From NCBI RefSeq assembly GCF_004010195.1, contig NC_057751.1, positions 8,090,137-8,154,136 on the forward strand: a stretch of DNA of 64,000 bases, read 5' to 3'. The notes under the pieces were generated by a model. It searched no databases, was not told the DNA's origin, and saw only the letters and a program-made list of their open reading frames with translations. The DNA comes from Chiloscyllium plagiosum (Eukaryota). Position numbers and translations under genes: made by a program. The number at the start of each line of letters is the position of its first letter. Position 1 is the stretch's first letter. Positions 62,240-64,000 of the stretch are shown in pieces.

Positions 62240-63215
62240 AGAAGCTTTTATTGATCATAAAAGATCTGGAAGGGGGCACTATTGGTACAATCAGCAAGTT
62301 TGCAGATGACACGAAGATTTGTGGAGTAGCAGAGAGCATAAGGGACTATCAAAGAATACAGGACGATATAGATAGACTGGAGAGTTGGGCGGAAAAGTGG
62401 CAGATGGATTTCAATCCAGACAAATGTGAGGTGTTGAATTTAGGCAAGACAAATTCTAGAGCGAATTATACAATGAACGGAACAGCCTTGGGAAAAGTTG
62501 GTGGGCAGAGAGATCTGGGAGTGCAGGTCCATTGTACCTTGAAGGTTGCTGCACAAGTGAATAGTGTGGCCAAGAAAGCATACAGTATGCTTGCCTTCAT
62601 TGGATGGGGTACTGAGTATAAGAGCTGGCAAGCCATGTTAAAATTGTACAAGACATTGGTTCGGTTGCATTTATAATACTGTGTACAGTTCTGGTCGCCA
62701 CATTACCAAAAGGATGTGGATGCTTTGGAGAGGGTGCAGAGAAGGTTTATGAGGATGTTGCCTGGTGTGGAAGGTGCTAGCTATGAAGAGAGGTTGAGTA
62801 GGTTAGGTTTGTTTTCATTAGAAAAGAGGAGATTGAGGGGCGACCTGACTGAGGTTTACAAAATCATGAAGGGTATAGACAGGATGGATAGAGACAAGCT
62901 TTTTCCCAGGGTGAAGGATTCAATAACGAGAGGTCACGCTTTCAAGGTGAGAAGTGGAAAGTTTAAGGGGGATACACGCGAAAGTTACTTCACAAAGAGG
63001 GTGGTGAGCGTCTGGAACGCGTTGCCAGCAGAGGTGGTAGAGGCAGGCATGGTAGCTTTATTTAAGATGCATCTGGACAGATGCATGAGGTAGGGAGCAG
63101 AGGGATACAGATGCTTAGGAATTGGGCAACAGGTTTAGACTTGGATCGGCTCAGACTTGGAGGGCCGAAGGGCCTGTTCGTGGGCTGTAAATTTTCTTTG
63201 TTCTTTGTTCTATGT
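62240..63215 (+). pseudogene. CR1 ORF2 3' kilobase with 3' UTR
   Basis: ISKFADDTKICG...WQMDFNPDKC...LYKTLVRLHL*...ALERVQRRFMRMLPG; ttctttg tail. Confidence 0.92.
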
Positions 63216-63629
63216 CAGTGCCAAAAGATTGCAGGATAGTTCTTCACATCATTCATCGCAGACGTTAACTCTGTTTTTGTTCTTAACCACAGATGCTGCC
63301 AGACTGGCAGAAATCCTCCAGCACTTCCTTACGAGCTCAGCAACATTATCAGTGCATCATTATCTCTTCCATTGACAATGGGAGAGCACATCAACCTGAG
63401 GACCAGTCATGCAATTTAAATTAACTACAAGAGCCAAGTTATTGGAGACTTCGGTGATTAGTCATTGATTTATCGTCTTCCAAACCCTCCTCATTCCAAT
63501 CAAACGTCTGACATTTTCACCACCTTTTCATTGCTGGTCTGTTTGCACGCCTTGCACTCATACTAATCCCCATCAAACACAATGCCACTGAACTCTGGAG
63601 TTCTGTTTTGTCTTGGCCGTGTCTTCTAT

Positions 63630-64000
63630 TGTGAAAAGGGATATTGTTTAAGAGCAGGGAGGTTAGCTGGAACTGCATAAAACCTTAGTTTGGCAACAGC
63701 TGGAGAACCGTGTGTCGTTCTGGAATTCACATGACAGGAGGGATGTGATTGCACTGGATAAGGTGCAGAGGAGGTTCACCAGGATGTTGCCTGGTCTGGA
63801 GAGCTTCAGTAGTGAAAAGGGAGTGGACAAACTGCAGTTGTTTTCCTTCAGGCAGAAGAGAATAAGAGGGAAACATGCATGAGATACATATCATTATGAG
63901 GAGCACAGATAGGGAGACAGGAATAACATTTTCCCTTTGATGTAAAGAATCAGTAACTTGGGACATGGAATTAAGCTAAGGGGCAGGAGGTTTGGAGGGG
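63630..64000 (+). mobile_element. CR1 ORF2 C-terminal fragment running off the window
   Basis: ALDKVQRRFTRMLPGLE. Confidence 0.8.

Noticed and set aside
61705..63215. Single CR1 with a twin-priming 5' inversion
   Set aside because: Each half has its own, different 3' UTR and tail, so these are two elements abutting at their 5' ends
1..64000. CRISPR array or prokaryotic operon-type system
   Set aside because: No regularly spaced repeats or gene-dense coding; the sequence is vertebrate repeat-rich DNA

Overview
Repeat-rich, apparently non-coding vertebrate DNA (large intron or gene desert). The repeat content (HE1/V-SINE-type SINEs with (TAATC)n tails, HER1/CR1 LINEs, Deu-domain SINEs) points to a shark or ray genome; this is an inference. 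I found no recognisable host protein-coding exon. Every ORF I can identify is a decayed retroelement fragment: CR1 ORF2, Penelope-like (PLE) RT thumb and GIY-YIG, RTE, or Rex1/Babar. There is one 516-nt assembly gap (19542-20057). The main signal is a dense set of short PLE pseudo-LTR-derived elements from at least three sequence families. They carry minimal type I hammerhead ribozyme motifs (CUGANGA-A-stem II-GAAA-palindrome-NUH). Several form ORF-less foldbacks of about 80-300 bp, mostly bounded by 12-15 bp target-site duplications (TSDs), and their breakpoints cluster a few nucleotides 5' of the ribozyme core. Also notable: one site in a solo-LTR family hit repeatedly by A-tailed insertions, a TSD-bounded PLE/LINE chimera nested in a CR1, and several repeat-free islands resembling conserved enhancers. 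Family names are by eye, with no database search, and boundaries of old repeats are approximate.
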